Numbered from the stretch's first letter, positions 1 through 10,980 are shown. The stretch is 52,586 nt of DNA from Pirellulales bacterium (GCA_040901675.1 JBBDYJ010000004.1:1-52586); one strand, 5' to 3'. The notes: generated from the letters alone by a model not told the origin. Program-made: numbers and translations.

Positions 1-301
1 TCGCGACTCGACTGAGCTCGCCGAAGTCCGAAGTCCGCTTTGCCACCAGCCACCCGCCAAGGGTCGTCGCCAGGTGCCACTGCTGGCTTGCCCAGCAGTG
101 TCCGGCTTCAACTGAGCGATCCTTCTTCCAGCGGTCCTGCTCGCCAAACGGGCCGTTTTAGGCCATAATGAGATCGCTCGATCCCCGTTACGATTCCCGC
201 GCTTCGTGCCCCACCCTGAGGCGGGATACATGGCCTGGTTTCCCTGCCAATCGAAATGTCCGTGTAGCAACTGCCGGCCTCGCGCCACCGGAAGGCGCGC
301 G

Positions 302-2737
302 ATGGCCGCCGGGACCGCGTTGCTGCTTTGGGCCGTCCTGACGAGCTGGCCACTGGCCTTTGCCGCCGAGGCGGTGTCGGAAGCGGGCCCCGATACCGCG
401 GGCCGGCAGGTCGACTTCGCCCGCGACATCCAGCCGATTCTGGCCAAGCGCTGCTTCTCATGTCACGGACCCGACCAGGCGGAAGGTGGCCTCCGTCTGC
501 ACCAGGACGAAGCGGCTCGGGCCGAGCTCGACTCGGGTGAGCACGCCATTGTCCCCGGCGACGTCGAAGCCAGCGCCCTGGTGTCTCGCATCTCGGCCGC
601 CGACGAATCGCTGCGGATGCCGCTGGACGACAAGCCGCTGTCGGCGGAGGAAATTGCCCTGGTCACCCGCTGGATCCGTGCCGGAGCACCGTGGAAAAAC
701 AACTGGGCCTTTGAGCCGCCCCAACCGCACGAGCCCCCGGTGCTGAATGACCCGAGCTGGGTGGCCAGCCCGATCGACGCTTTTATCCTGGCCCGGCTGG
801 AACAAGCCGGCCTGGCACCGTCGCCGCCGGCCGATCGGCTGGCACTGATTCGCCGGACGTACTACGACCTGACCGGCCTGCCGCCGCCGCCCGATGCGGT
901 AGCCGCATTTGCCGCTGACGCCTCGCCCGATGCGTATGAAAAGCTGGTCGATCGCCTGTTGGCATCGCCCCATTACGGCGAGCGATGGGGGCGGCACTGG
1001 CTCGACTCGGTGCGGTTCGCCGAGACCAACAGCTTCGAGCGCGACGGGGTAAAGCCGAATGCCTGGCGTTATCGCGACTACGTGATCCGGTCGTTCAACG
1101 ACGACAAGCCGTACGACCAGTTCGTCCGCGAGCAATTGGCCGGCGACGAGCTGCCGGAAGCGACCACCGAGTCGATCATTGCCACCGGCTACTATCGGCT
1201 GGGTCTCTGGGACGACGAGCCGGCGGATGAGCTGCAGGCGCGGTTCGACGAGCTGGACGACATTGTGGCCACCACCAGCCAGGTGTTTTTGGGCCTCACC
1301 ATCAACTGCGCCCGCTGCCACGACCACAAGATCGACCCGATTCCTCAAACCGACTATTACCGGCTGCTGGCATTCTTTCACGAGCTGTACCCCTACGGCA
1401 CGCGCGCCGATCAGACCTCCTGGAACCAGGCCGATATATCGCCTGCGGACGTCGCCGCCAGGCACCACCAGCTCGATCGGCAAAAGTCCCTTCTGCGCGG
1501 GCAAATGATCGAGATCGAACAGCGCGGCATCGCCGGCATGCCGGCCGAGGACCAGCGGGCCAGCGAGGGCCCCGAGCGAAAGAAGCTGCTGAAGGAAAAG
1601 CTTTTCGATTACCTGGCTGAAGCGGATCGCCGCGAATACAGCGAGCTGAAGCGGCAGCTTCGCGAGTTGTCGGCGAGCGGCTTGCCTCCCCGCCAGATGG
1701 CGCTGGCGGTCAAGTGCATGCCCCAGCCGCCGCCAACGCACGTCCTGCTGCGGGGCAACCCGCACCTGCCCGGAGAAGAAGTCCAACCCGGTTTCCCAGA
1801 GTTGTTCAAGGCGGCCCCGCCTGTGATCCCGACGCGGCCGCCCGGACAGGCGTCGTCAGGGCGGAGGCTAGCGCTGGCCAACTGGATAACCTCGCCCGAC
1901 AACATGCTCACCGCACGTGTCATGGCCAACCGGATTTGGCAGCATCATTTTGGCCGCGGCATCGTCCGCTCGACGAACAACTTTGGCCAGCTCGGCGAGC
2001 CGGCCACGCATCCCGAGCTGCTCGACTGGCTGGCCGCCGAGTTGGTCCGCGGCGGCTGGCGCCTCAAGCCATTGCACAAGCTGATCATGATGTCGAGCAC
2101 CTATCGGATGTCGTCCAGGGCCAATCCGGCGGGGCTGAGCAAGGATCCGGCCAACGACCTGTTCTGGCGGTTCGACATGCGCCGGCTGAGCGCCGAGGAG
2201 ATTCGCGACTCGATCCACGCGGTCACCGGCCGGTTGAACCCTGCGATGTTCGGACCGGGCGTCTATCCTGAGATCTCGGCCGAAGTGTTGGCGGGGCAGT
2301 CGATGCCGGGCGCCGGCTGGGGCAAGTCGTCGCCACGCGAGCAGGCCCGCCGCAGCGTGTACATCCACGTCAAGCGGTCGCTGGTCACTCCCATCCTGGC
2401 CGATTTCGACTTCCCGGAGCCCGACATCAGTTGTGCCGCCCGGTTTGCCACCACCCAGCCGGCCCAGGCGCTGGGTATGTTGAACGGCCAGTTCGTCAAC
2501 TCCCAGGCCGCCCAGTTCGCCCGCCGCATCGAGCGCGAGGCCGGCCACAATCCGCAGGCCCAGGTCGAGCGGGCACTTCGCCTGGCACTCTGCCGGCCGC
2601 CGGATGAAAAGAATACCCAGCGGGGCCTGGAATTGATGGCGTCGCTGCGCCGCGAGCACGGCTTGGATGCCGCGGCGGCCCTCAACTATTACTGCCTGGT
2701 CGTGTTGAACATGAACGAGTTCATTTATCTCGACTGA
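302..2737 (+). CDS. Planctomycete cytochrome c / DUF1549 + DUF1553 (PSCyt1-PSCyt2-PSD1) secreted protein
   Basis: Signal peptide; VDFARDIQPILAKRCFSCHG (CxxCH); YGERWGRHWLD; CARCHDHKIDPI; NRIWQHHFGRGIV; C-terminal NMNEFIYLD. Start taken at ATG 302 (ORF open from 206). Confidence 0.93.
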   Translation: MAAGTALLLWAVLTSWPLAFAAEAVSEAGPDTAGRQVDFARDIQPILAKRCFSCHGPDQAEGGLRLHQDEAARAELDSGEHAIVPGDVEASALVSRISAADESLRMPLDDKPLSAEEIALVTRWIRAGAPWKNNWAFEPPQPHEPPVLNDPSWVASPIDAFILARLEQAGLAPSPPADRLALIRRTYYDLTGLPPPPDAVAAFAADASPDAYEKLVDRLLASPHYGERWGRHWLDSVRFAETNSFERDGVKPNAWRYRDYVIRSFNDDKPYDQFVREQLAGDELPEATTESIIATGYYRLGLWDDEPADELQARFDELDDIVATTSQVFLGLTINCARCHDHKIDPIPQTDYYRLLAFFHELYPYGTRADQTSWNQADISPADVAARHHQLDRQKSLLRGQMIEIEQRGIAGMPAEDQRASEGPERKKLLKEKLFDYLAEADRREYSELKRQLRELSASGLPPRQMALAVKCMPQPPPTHVLLRGNPHLPGEEVQPGFPELFKAAPPVIPTRPPGQASSGRRLALANWITSPDNMLTARVMANRIWQHHFGRGIVRSTNNFGQLGEPATHPELLDWLAAELVRGGWRLKPLHKLIMMSSTYRMSSRANPAGLSKDPANDLFWRFDMRRLSAEEIRDSIHAVTGRLNPAMFGPGVYPEISAEVLAGQSMPGAGWGKSSPREQARRSVYIHVKRSLVTPILADFDFPEPDISCAARFATTQPAQALGMLNGQFVNSQAAQFARRIEREAGHNPQAQVERALRLALCRPPDEKNTQRGLELMASLRREHGLDAAAALNYYCLVVLNMNEFIYLD

Positions 2738-2760
2738 CAATAACCGAAGCGAGGAGACGC

Positions 2761-4341
2761 GTGATGCCGTCGGAATCGAACGAGAGCAGACCAAGGGGCT
2801 CGACCGGGTGGCTGGGGCAAAGCGATAAGCGTGCCCCAGTCGCTGGTGAGGAGAGTGTTTTTCGGTCGTCCGCGGGTGGCCTTAAGCGCCGGGGCTCGTT
2901 TTGCGGGCGGACCCGGCGAGAGTTTCTCTGGCAGGCCGGTGCCGGATTCACCTCGGTGGCACTGACCGGCATGCTCGCCTCGGACGGCTTTTTCGCCTCG
3001 CGGGCCGGGGCTGCCGCTGGCGCGGACCGGCCGGCGAATCCCTTGGCTGCAAAAAAGCCTCCTTTCGAGGCCAAGGCCACCAGCGTCATCTTCCTGTTCA
3101 TGTATGGCGGCCCCAGCCACGTCGACACGTTCGACTACAAGCCCAAGCTGTACGGGCTCGACGGCCGGACGGTGCCGGTGAAGACCAAGGGCCGCGGCGG
3201 CGAGAAAAATGAAGGCCGCGTCGTGGGGCCGCGCTGGAAGTTCAAGCAGTACGGCCAGTCGGGGCAGTGGGTTTCGGACCTGTTCCCGCACCTGGCCACC
3301 TGCGTGGACGAGATCGCGTTCATCAAGTCGATGACGGCCGACTCGCCGATCCACGGCTCGGCCATGCTGCAGATGAACTCCGGCCGGATTTTGAGCGGCA
3401 GCCCGGCGCTTGGTTCGTGGGTCAACTACGGCCTGGGGACGGTCAACGAGAACCTGCCGGGGTTCGTGGTGATGCTCGATCCGACGGGCGGGCCGATCAG
3501 CGGCGCCAAGAACTGGTCGAGCGGCTACATGCCGGCCGTCTACCAGGGGAGCATCTTGCGCTCGAAGGGCGCGCCGATCATTGATTTGAACTTGCCGGCG
3601 GGGATGACGCGTCCCTTGCAGCGCGAGTTGCTCGACGCTTTGCGCCAGGCCAACGAGGAACACCTGGCCGGCCGGGCCGACAACAGCGACCTGGCGGCGC
3701 GGATCGCCAGTTACGAGCTGGCCTACAAGATGCAAGAGCACGCCCCCGAGGCGGTCGACCTGTCGGGTGAAAGCCAGGCAACCAGGGATCTCTACGGGCT
3801 CGACAGCGGGCGGACGCGCACCTTTGGCACGAGTTGCTTGCTGGCCCGCCGGCTGGTGGAGCGGGGCGTGCGGTTCATCCAGATTTATTCGGGCGGCGCG
3901 CACAACGATTCGAACTGGGACGCGCACGGCGACCTGGAAAAGAACCACAATTACCACGCCGGCGCCACCGACCAGCCGATCGCCGGCCTGATCAAGGACC
4001 TCAAGCAGCGGGGCCTGCTGGATAGCACGCTGATCGTTTGGGGCGGCGAATTCGGCCGCCAGCCCACGGCCGAGTATGCCAAGGGCACGGGCCGCGACCA
4101 CAACTCGTACGGCTTCACGATGTGGATGGCCGGCGGCGGCATTCGCGGCGGCCGGAGCGTCGGCGCCACCGACGAGTTGGGCTCCAGCGCCGTCGAGGAT
4201 CCCTTTCACGTCAAGAACCTGCACGCCACGATCCTGCGGCAGTTGGGTTTCGACCCCAACCAGTTGTCGTACTTTTACGGCGGGCTCGACCAGAAGCTCG
4301 TCGGCGTCGAGCCCGTCGACCCCATCCGCCAAATCATTTGA
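2761..4341 (+). CDS. DUF1501 domain protein (Tat-exported, sulfatase-like)
   Basis: TRREFL twin-arginine motif, VIFLFMYGGPSHVDTFDYKP, LLARRLVERGVRF, WGGEFGR, GRDH. Usual partner of PSD1 proteins. Confidence 0.93.
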   Translation: MMPSESNESRPRGSTGWLGQSDKRAPVAGEESVFRSSAGGLKRRGSFCGRTRREFLWQAGAGFTSVALTGMLASDGFFASRAGAAAGADRPANPLAAKKPPFEAKATSVIFLFMYGGPSHVDTFDYKPKLYGLDGRTVPVKTKGRGGEKNEGRVVGPRWKFKQYGQSGQWVSDLFPHLATCVDEIAFIKSMTADSPIHGSAMLQMNSGRILSGSPALGSWVNYGLGTVNENLPGFVVMLDPTGGPISGAKNWSSGYMPAVYQGSILRSKGAPIIDLNLPAGMTRPLQRELLDALRQANEEHLAGRADNSDLAARIASYELAYKMQEHAPEAVDLSGESQATRDLYGLDSGRTRTFGTSCLLARRLVERGVRFIQIYSGGAHNDSNWDAHGDLEKNHNYHAGATDQPIAGLIKDLKQRGLLDSTLIVWGGEFGRQPTAEYAKGTGRDHNSYGFTMWMAGGGIRGGRSVGATDELGSSAVEDPFHVKNLHATILRQLGFDPNQLSYFYGGLDQKLVGVEPVDPIRQII

Positions 4342-4375
4342 GTGCCGCACAGCGCCGGATAGGGCGCAACTGTTT

Positions 4376-4502
4376 TCCGCCCCGAAGGGGCACGACATAT
4401 CAGCCCGCGGGCAGAGCGAAGCGGCGTCAGCCGCGTAGCGCCGCCCCCGGGAACGCGGTCCGTACATCCCTATTCCGTCTCAGCACTGCAAGGGCGAAAC
4501 AA
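4376..4502. repeat. Palindromic REP-like element (gccccgaaggggc ... ctgcaagggcg)
   Basis: Nested GC-rich hairpins between convergent genes. The gccccgaaggggc hairpin resembles those at 10981 and 13317. Confidence 0.5.
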
Positions 4503-4524
4503 GGTGCGCCGTCAGTCGGCCGTG

Positions 4525-4563
4525 GAAGACTGGGGCACGCTATCGCTTTGCCACCAGCCACCC
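4525..4563 (+). repeat. Repeat family B hairpin (ctggggcacgct..cgctttgccaccagccaccc), empty form
   Basis: Related copies at 36-55, 2806-2840 (rc), 14126-14159, 20092-20153, 22327-22414, 33860-33935 (rc), 35224-35394 (x3, rc) and 45036-45100 (rc). Confidence 0.85.
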
Positions 4564-4608
4564 ATCGAGCGGTCGGTCTCTTCTTATTCCTCCTTCCTCC
4601 TTCCTCCT

Positions 4609-5646
4609 TCAAAACAGCCTCCCCTGTCCCTCGTCCGGCGCTGGCACGCCGAGGTGTTCGTAGGCCTCGGGCGTGACCCTGCGGCCGCGGGGGCTGCGGA
4701 CGACAAGGCCGGTGCGCAAGAGGAAGGGCTCGACCTCGTCGATCAAGGTGTCGATGGCCGTGTTCATCGTGTGGGCCACGGCCTCCACCCCCGCCGGGCC
4801 GCCATGGAATACCCGGATCAGCGTCTCCAGGTACTTGCGGTCCTGGGCGTCCAGCCCGCGGGTGTCGATCCCCTGCATGGCCAGTGCCGAGCGGGCCACC
4901 GCCAGGCTGATCCGCCCGTCGGCCTTGCTGGTGGCATAGTCGCGCACCCAGCGCAAGCGGTTGTTGGCCAGGCGCGGCGTTCCGCGGCTGCGGCCCGCGA
5001 TCTCCAGGGCGGCCTGCGGCTCGATCGCGGCGCCCAGCTTGACCGCGTTGCGGCGGACGATCTCGGCCAGCTCTTCCACGCTGTAGAAATCGAGGTGCTC
5101 GCGCAGCACGAACCGGTCGCGCAACGGCGCCGACAACAGGCCGGTCCGCGTGGTCGCGCCGATCAACGTGAACGGCCGCAGGGCCATGTTGATCGTGCGG
5201 GCATTGACGCCCTCGCCCAACGTGATGTCGATCCTGAAATCCTCCATGGCCGGGTACAAAAACTCCTCGACCGCCTTGGGCAGCCGGTGGATCTCGTCGA
5301 TGAACAGGATCGACTTCTCTTCGGCATTGGTCAGGTAGGGGATCAGGTCCTTGGGGGCCGCCAGGGCCGCCCCGCTGGCAATCTGCAAGGCGGCGCCCAG
5401 CTCGCGTGGAATGACGGTGGCGAACGTGGTCTTGCCGAGGCCCGGCGGTCCGTCGAAGAGGATGTGCCCCAGCGGTTCGCCCCGCTTGCGGGCCGCGTCG
5501 AGCACGATGTCGAGCCGCTCGAAGACCGCCCTTTGGCCCACCATGTCGCGCATTCGCTGCGGCCGCAGGTCGCGGTCGTCGTCCGGGCCGCCCGGCTGGC
5601 TCGGCCCGCTTTCGTCGTAACGCTCCAGGATCGGTTCGCGCGCCAA
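4609..5646 (-). CDS. ruvB: Holliday junction branch migration helicase RuvB
   Basis: LRPQ, GPPGLGKTT Walker A, LFIDEIHRL, IGATTR, SRGTPR, EPFLL..PRGR. GGAGG precedes the TTG start. Confidence 0.98.
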   Translation of the reverse strand: MAREPILERYDESGPSQPGGPDDDRDLRPQRMRDMVGQRAVFERLDIVLDAARKRGEPLGHILFDGPPGLGKTTFATVIPRELGAALQIASGAALAAPKDLIPYLTNAEEKSILFIDEIHRLPKAVEEFLYPAMEDFRIDITLGEGVNARTINMALRPFTLIGATTRTGLLSAPLRDRFVLREHLDFYSVEELAEIVRRNAVKLGAAIEPQAALEIAGRSRGTPRLANNRLRWVRDYATSKADGRISLAVARSALAMQGIDTRGLDAQDRKYLETLIRVFHGGPAGVEAVAHTMNTAIDTLIDEVEPFLLRTGLVVRSPRGRRVTPEAYEHLGVPAPDEGQGRLF

Positions 5647-5869
5647 AGTGCTCCCTCCGTGACCAGCTCAACCGGCCCATGGCTGGGCCGCCCGCCGCAA
5701 TATAGCAGGATCCGTCCCGCCCGTGGACGGCAGGAGTGGGGGGCCGCAAAATCAAGACCTGGCCGCGGTCGGCCCGGTCGTATTCGGGCGAGTCGGCCGT
5801 AGCAATCGGCGGGCGGCTACGCTATCAGGGACGGGCGGACAGACCAACCTTCCAGCAAGGAGCCAGGCG

Positions 5870-6289
5870 ATGTTCGACGCAGGCAATCCACAAGAGGTCA
5901 AGGACGCGGTCGAGGCTTTGAAATCGAGGCATCCGGTAGGGCACTTCGTGCTCAAAATGGACGCGGACGAGCAGAAGACGTTTCGGCTTCGGAGCCTGCC
6001 GCGCTTCGCGCCCGGGGTCGAGGGGGGCGGCGGAACGCAGGTCGTCGAGCGCAACGGCGATCGGATGGTGGTGAGCAGCGGGCTGAATCTTGACAACGCC
6101 AAGAAAGTCGCGGCGAAGCACGGCCTCCAGATCGACTTCACCATTCTAGTCGCCCACGAGTTGGGACACGCCTGGTACCTGGCTTACGTGAATCCCGACT
6201 CGAAGAAGGGCGATCCCCACAGCGACGCCATGGCGCTGGCCTGGGAGAATTCGCTGCGCGACTCGGATGCGCAGCGGCATAAGCACTGA
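5870..6289 (+). CDS. Small HExxH zinc-metalloprotease-like protein (polymorphic-toxin MPTase-like)
   Basis: LVAHELGHAW followed by ALAWENSLR. AAGGAG precedes ATG 5870. Confidence 0.6.
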   Translation: MFDAGNPQEVKDAVEALKSRHPVGHFVLKMDADEQKTFRLRSLPRFAPGVEGGGGTQVVERNGDRMVVSSGLNLDNAKKVAAKHGLQIDFTILVAHELGHAWYLAYVNPDSKKGDPHSDAMALAWENSLRDSDAQRHKH

Positions 6290-6340
6290 GCCATTCGATT
6301 GGGCCGGGGTTCGTTTCGATTTCCTTCCTTGGAGGAATAT

Positions 6341-7177
6341 ATGGCCCGTCCCATGACACCGCCCGAGAAACAACGGTTTCGCGGTTATTTTCCGAGTCTG
6401 AATGTCGATCAAGTGGTCGTGACAGGGGAAACCTCCACCGTCTATAATTGCATCTCGTGGACCGTCGGCGTCACTGATCGGTGGTTCTGGCCAGGCAGTT
6501 CGATCGGGAACTTTGACACGTTTTATCGGGGATTCGGCTTCCTGCGGGCAGGTGATGGACCGATTGCCTCGTGGGGCCACTCGACTTCGAACATGAGCCA
6601 TGGCTCCATCTCCGGACCGGGCCACGGACTCCGATGGGAATCGAAATGTGGCGGCGACCTACGCATCCAACATGGCCTCAATGAGTTGGTCGGTAGCAGC
6701 TACGGTCGCGTGGTTGCGTTCTACCGCAGGAGCGCATTATTAGAGGCGGGATTCGTCCCGATCCTGGAGAAGCGCATGAAAGAAAAGACCTCCAAGTCGT
6801 ATCTGACCACGGCAGAGAAAAAGAAGCTTCGCGATCAGGTCAAAAACATTACCACCGGACTGCGCACTGCTTTTGAGGCCGCCTTCAGCGCCTGGCGAGA
6901 CACTTGGTTCAGTGGTGGTTTGGCCGTCAGCTCCAACCCCCAAACGCGGGCCATCGGCAAGGAATTCGACGCCCTGATTGCTTTCGGGCCAGCGATTCTT
7001 CCTCTACTGATTGAAAAACTCGCCGACCCGGAGAATTATCTTGCCTTGCAACTCTACGATGCGATGCAGCCGAACGAGCGTCTCGTCGTGCAGTTTGGCC
7101 CCGAGGATGAACGGATCCTGGAGGGAGAACAAGGGCGCGCCCGCAGGGTCGTGCAGGCGTGGTTTGCGAACCAATAA
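6341..7177 (+). CDS. Hypothetical protein with putative Cys-His papain-like/DUF7689-like N-terminal domain and helical C-terminal domain
   Basis: YNCISW...WFWP...HG...WESKCG..RIQH..YG motif series. GGAGGA precedes ATG. Visibly more AT-rich codon usage than neighbours. Confidence 0.65.
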   Translation: MARPMTPPEKQRFRGYFPSLNVDQVVVTGETSTVYNCISWTVGVTDRWFWPGSSIGNFDTFYRGFGFLRAGDGPIASWGHSTSNMSHGSISGPGHGLRWESKCGGDLRIQHGLNELVGSSYGRVVAFYRRSALLEAGFVPILEKRMKEKTSKSYLTTAEKKKLRDQVKNITTGLRTAFEAAFSAWRDTWFSGGLAVSSNPQTRAIGKEFDALIAFGPAILPLLIEKLADPENYLALQLYDAMQPNERLVVQFGPEDERILEGEQGRARRVVQAWFANQ

Positions 7178-7272
7178 GTGGAACTCGTCCCGGCGAGCGC
7201 GGAACCGTTAGACCGCCGCGCCGCAAGCGAACCCATGGCTGCCAGGCCGCACGTGCCGCGGCGCCGGCCTCT

Positions 7273-8262
<990 letters not shown>

Positions 8263-8296
8263 GGTTGTTCATCTCCTGTTGGACACGTTGGAGTGT

Positions 8297-10855
8297 TCAA
8301 TTCGTGCCGAGGTCGATCGATTCCCGCGCGATCTGCCGGTAGATCTCGATCGCTTTCAAAAACGTCTGGTGGGCCTCTTCGCGTTCGTGCTCGGCGATGG
8401 TCTGACCGCGGGCCCGCCAGAGCTGCTCGATCGTCTCGATGCACCACAGCGCGCTTTGCCGCGACGAGCGGATCGGCCGGCCGGCCACGAGAACGTTCAC
8501 CGGATTGGTGTGCATCTGAGGGAACTGCCGCAGCGCTACCCAGCTACTGCGGTCGATGCGGGCGGAGAAGGCGAGCTGATGGACGCGCCCGTCGGCCGGC
8601 ACGGATTGGGCGGCCACGGCGGCGCCGTTGACCACCAGCTCGACCAGCCGCGTGCCGCCTTGCGTCACCTCGTCCGTGCGCCCAGCGTGCAAGACCACCG
8701 TGTCGCCCAGGATCCGCCGCGGCGCACGCTCCGCCGCCGCTTCGCCGTGGGCGACCGACCTGGGCATCTCCGGTGCAAAGGCCACCTTGGTCCGAATGTC
8801 GACGCTGCCCGGCCCCTCCAGGCCAACCTCGGCTTGGCCCGGCGAGACGCCGTTCACCGTAAACTCCAAGGCATGGGCGTAGCCGTCGGACACGTACGAG
8901 CGGCCCTGGGCCAGCGCCTCGCACCAGGCGGCAAAGTCGATGCTCTCCAGCTTGCCCAACTGCACGTAGACGCGCCCCTGGCCGACGCGCGTGCCGCTCA
9001 TGCAGGGGAAGTCGGTCTCTCCGCTGACCTTGAGCGGAAACCCGCAGTTGAGGATGTGGTACCACATGTTCCACTCGGCCACGCGCGGCGTGTCCATGGC
9101 GCTGATGAAATCGCACGCGCCCATCGCCGTGCTGACGCAGATCTCCATCGCCCCCACGCCGTTCATCTCCGGCACCGCCAGGTTTGGCAGTTGATCCGCC
9201 ACTCGGTCGAGCGACTGGACAAGCTCGGCCTCGGTCAGCTCCTCGTCCTTTTGGGTGTCGATGGCATCGAAATCTTCGGGCAGCAGCCCGCGGGCCGCCT
9301 CCTCGCGGCTGAGCGATCCGCCCTGGTCCGAGTCGAGCTCGGCAAGCAACCGTTGGGCCGCGGAGGCCGGATCGATCGCCAGGCCGCTGGCCGAGTGGGC
9401 ATAGCCGGTGACGGCCCCCTGCGACTTGGCCCAGCGCAGGACGGGCGTGGTCCAGGTCGGCCAGCCCTTGGTCTTGGTCCCTTCGGAGCCGGGATATTCC
9501 TGCTCCTTGAGGTTCAACAGGCAGACGTGGCCCAGGGCCTGTGAGCCGAAGCCGCTGATCTCCAGGTCGTACTTGACCACGGTCAAGGGCTCGCTGACCT
9601 GGTCCACGCGTGGCTGGAAGTACCCGCGCTGGAACTCGAAGCACGGTCCCCACGTCAGCACGCAGCCGACGTTGAGTCCTTCGCCTTTCACCTGCCGGAA
9701 CATGTCCTGCGGCGTGACCCCCTCGGTCGGGCTGGTGTAATGAGCGCAGCCGGCGCCGTGAATGTGGTGGTCGCCGCAGTAGAACCCGTACTCCATCGGG
9801 TTCACCCAGCGCTCCAGCTCGATTTCGATCCGAGCGTCGCCCTCGGTGGAAACAGTCACCATACGCTCCAACAGGCGGTATTCCGGACCGCGGCCATACT
9901 GCATCGCCAGTTCGCCGGCCGGCAAGAGCACCAGCTCGCCGTCGTGCCGGTAGATCTGCCGCTGGAAGAAAAGATCGGGGGCCAACCGTTTCGGCTGGGG
10001 AGGCACGACATGGCCGGCGCCGTCACGGAAGGTGAGGCCGGCGGCGGTGGGCGAACCGTCGTGGTCGCGGATCGAGAGGCGGACCGGCACCGCGGGGCGC
10101 ACGTTGAACAGCACGGGCGTCTCGCCGCGGAATCCAAGGTCCTGCGTGCCTTGCCCGACGTCGAAACCGATCGTCGCTTCGCGCCGGCCGGCCTCGTGCG
10201 AGTAGACCAGCGCGACGGCGTACTCGACCTCCAGGCCGCTCAGGGCGGCGGTCATCGGGGGCTGGTCGAACATTTCCAGGTGCAGGAAGCGATCGGTGTC
10301 GCCGCCGGCATTCTCATTTTCGCGGAGCGGGAGCTGGTCCTGCCGCTTCATGCTCAGCTCGGCGACGCCCGCGTACACTGGTCCCGCCTGCGGGCTGGTG
10401 ACGTTGAGCCGCTGGGTGACGGTGCTCAGATTGATCACCTTGACCAGCACCGGCGTGAAGCCGCCTTGCTGCAAGGCGGCGGCCGCGGGGCCGCGTGCCA
10501 CGCGCACGCGCGATTCGGGATTGAGCCGGACCACGAACAGGGCCAGGGGGTCGATAAGCTGCTGGAGTTTCCTTGCGTCGCGGGCATCGGCGGCGGCGGC
10601 GATGGCCCTGGTATCCGCGGCGAGCGGAGCACCCAGAAACTCCATGGCTTCCAGCAGCCGTTTCACGTTGGCCGCCAGCGGCTGTCCCTCGACCTCCACG
10701 ATCTCGGGCGCCGGCGCAGCCGGCAGGTCTTCCCGCGGCTGCGGCCGGACCTCCGTGACGAGCATTCCCAGGACGACGGCGGTCCCTAGGCCGGCAAGTG
10801 ACAGGAGTCGGCTGCGTATCATTGATGTGCGCCTTGATTGTTTGGGATCGCGCAT
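8297..10855 (-). CDS. CehA/McbA-family (PHP-like) metallohydrolase with inserted EF-hand pair
   Basis: GDHHIH, YAH, SGETDFPC, GRSYVSDG, HTNPV; EF-hand-like DSDQGGSLSREE and DTQKDEELTEAE. Start may be 10822. Confidence 0.82.
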   Translation of the reverse strand: MRDPKQSRRTSMIRSRLLSLAGLGTAVVLGMLVTEVRPQPREDLPAAPAPEIVEVEGQPLAANVKRLLEAMEFLGAPLAADTRAIAAAADARDARKLQQLIDPLALFVVRLNPESRVRVARGPAAAALQQGGFTPVLVKVINLSTVTQRLNVTSPQAGPVYAGVAELSMKRQDQLPLRENENAGGDTDRFLHLEMFDQPPMTAALSGLEVEYAVALVYSHEAGRREATIGFDVGQGTQDLGFRGETPVLFNVRPAVPVRLSIRDHDGSPTAAGLTFRDGAGHVVPPQPKRLAPDLFFQRQIYRHDGELVLLPAGELAMQYGRGPEYRLLERMVTVSTEGDARIEIELERWVNPMEYGFYCGDHHIHGAGCAHYTSPTEGVTPQDMFRQVKGEGLNVGCVLTWGPCFEFQRGYFQPRVDQVSEPLTVVKYDLEISGFGSQALGHVCLLNLKEQEYPGSEGTKTKGWPTWTTPVLRWAKSQGAVTGYAHSASGLAIDPASAAQRLLAELDSDQGGSLSREEAARGLLPEDFDAIDTQKDEELTEAELVQSLDRVADQLPNLAVPEMNGVGAMEICVSTAMGACDFISAMDTPRVAEWNMWYHILNCGFPLKVSGETDFPCMSGTRVGQGRVYVQLGKLESIDFAAWCEALAQGRSYVSDGYAHALEFTVNGVSPGQAEVGLEGPGSVDIRTKVAFAPEMPRSVAHGEAAAERAPRRILGDTVVLHAGRTDEVTQGGTRLVELVVNGAAVAAQSVPADGRVHQLAFSARIDRSSWVALRQFPQMHTNPVNVLVAGRPIRSSRQSALWCIETIEQLWRARGQTIAEHEREEAHQTFLKAIEIYRQIARESIDLGTN

Positions 10856-10980
10856 TTTCCGCGGGGCGAAGGTCGGGCGCCGCCGCCACGAATGACCATG
10901 ATACTATGCGGAGGCAGGCGCGTGTCGCGTAAAAGCTGCGGTAGTGGACCAGGGTCGTTTGTCGTTCAGTGCGTCAGCAC

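Noticed and set aside
458..4467. Long antisense ORFs (442, 308 and 580 aa) and similar shadows opposite cysS, trpE, the radical SAM gene, accA and others
   Set aside because: They lie opposite well-supported genes, which is typical of high-GC codon bias, and carry no motifs.
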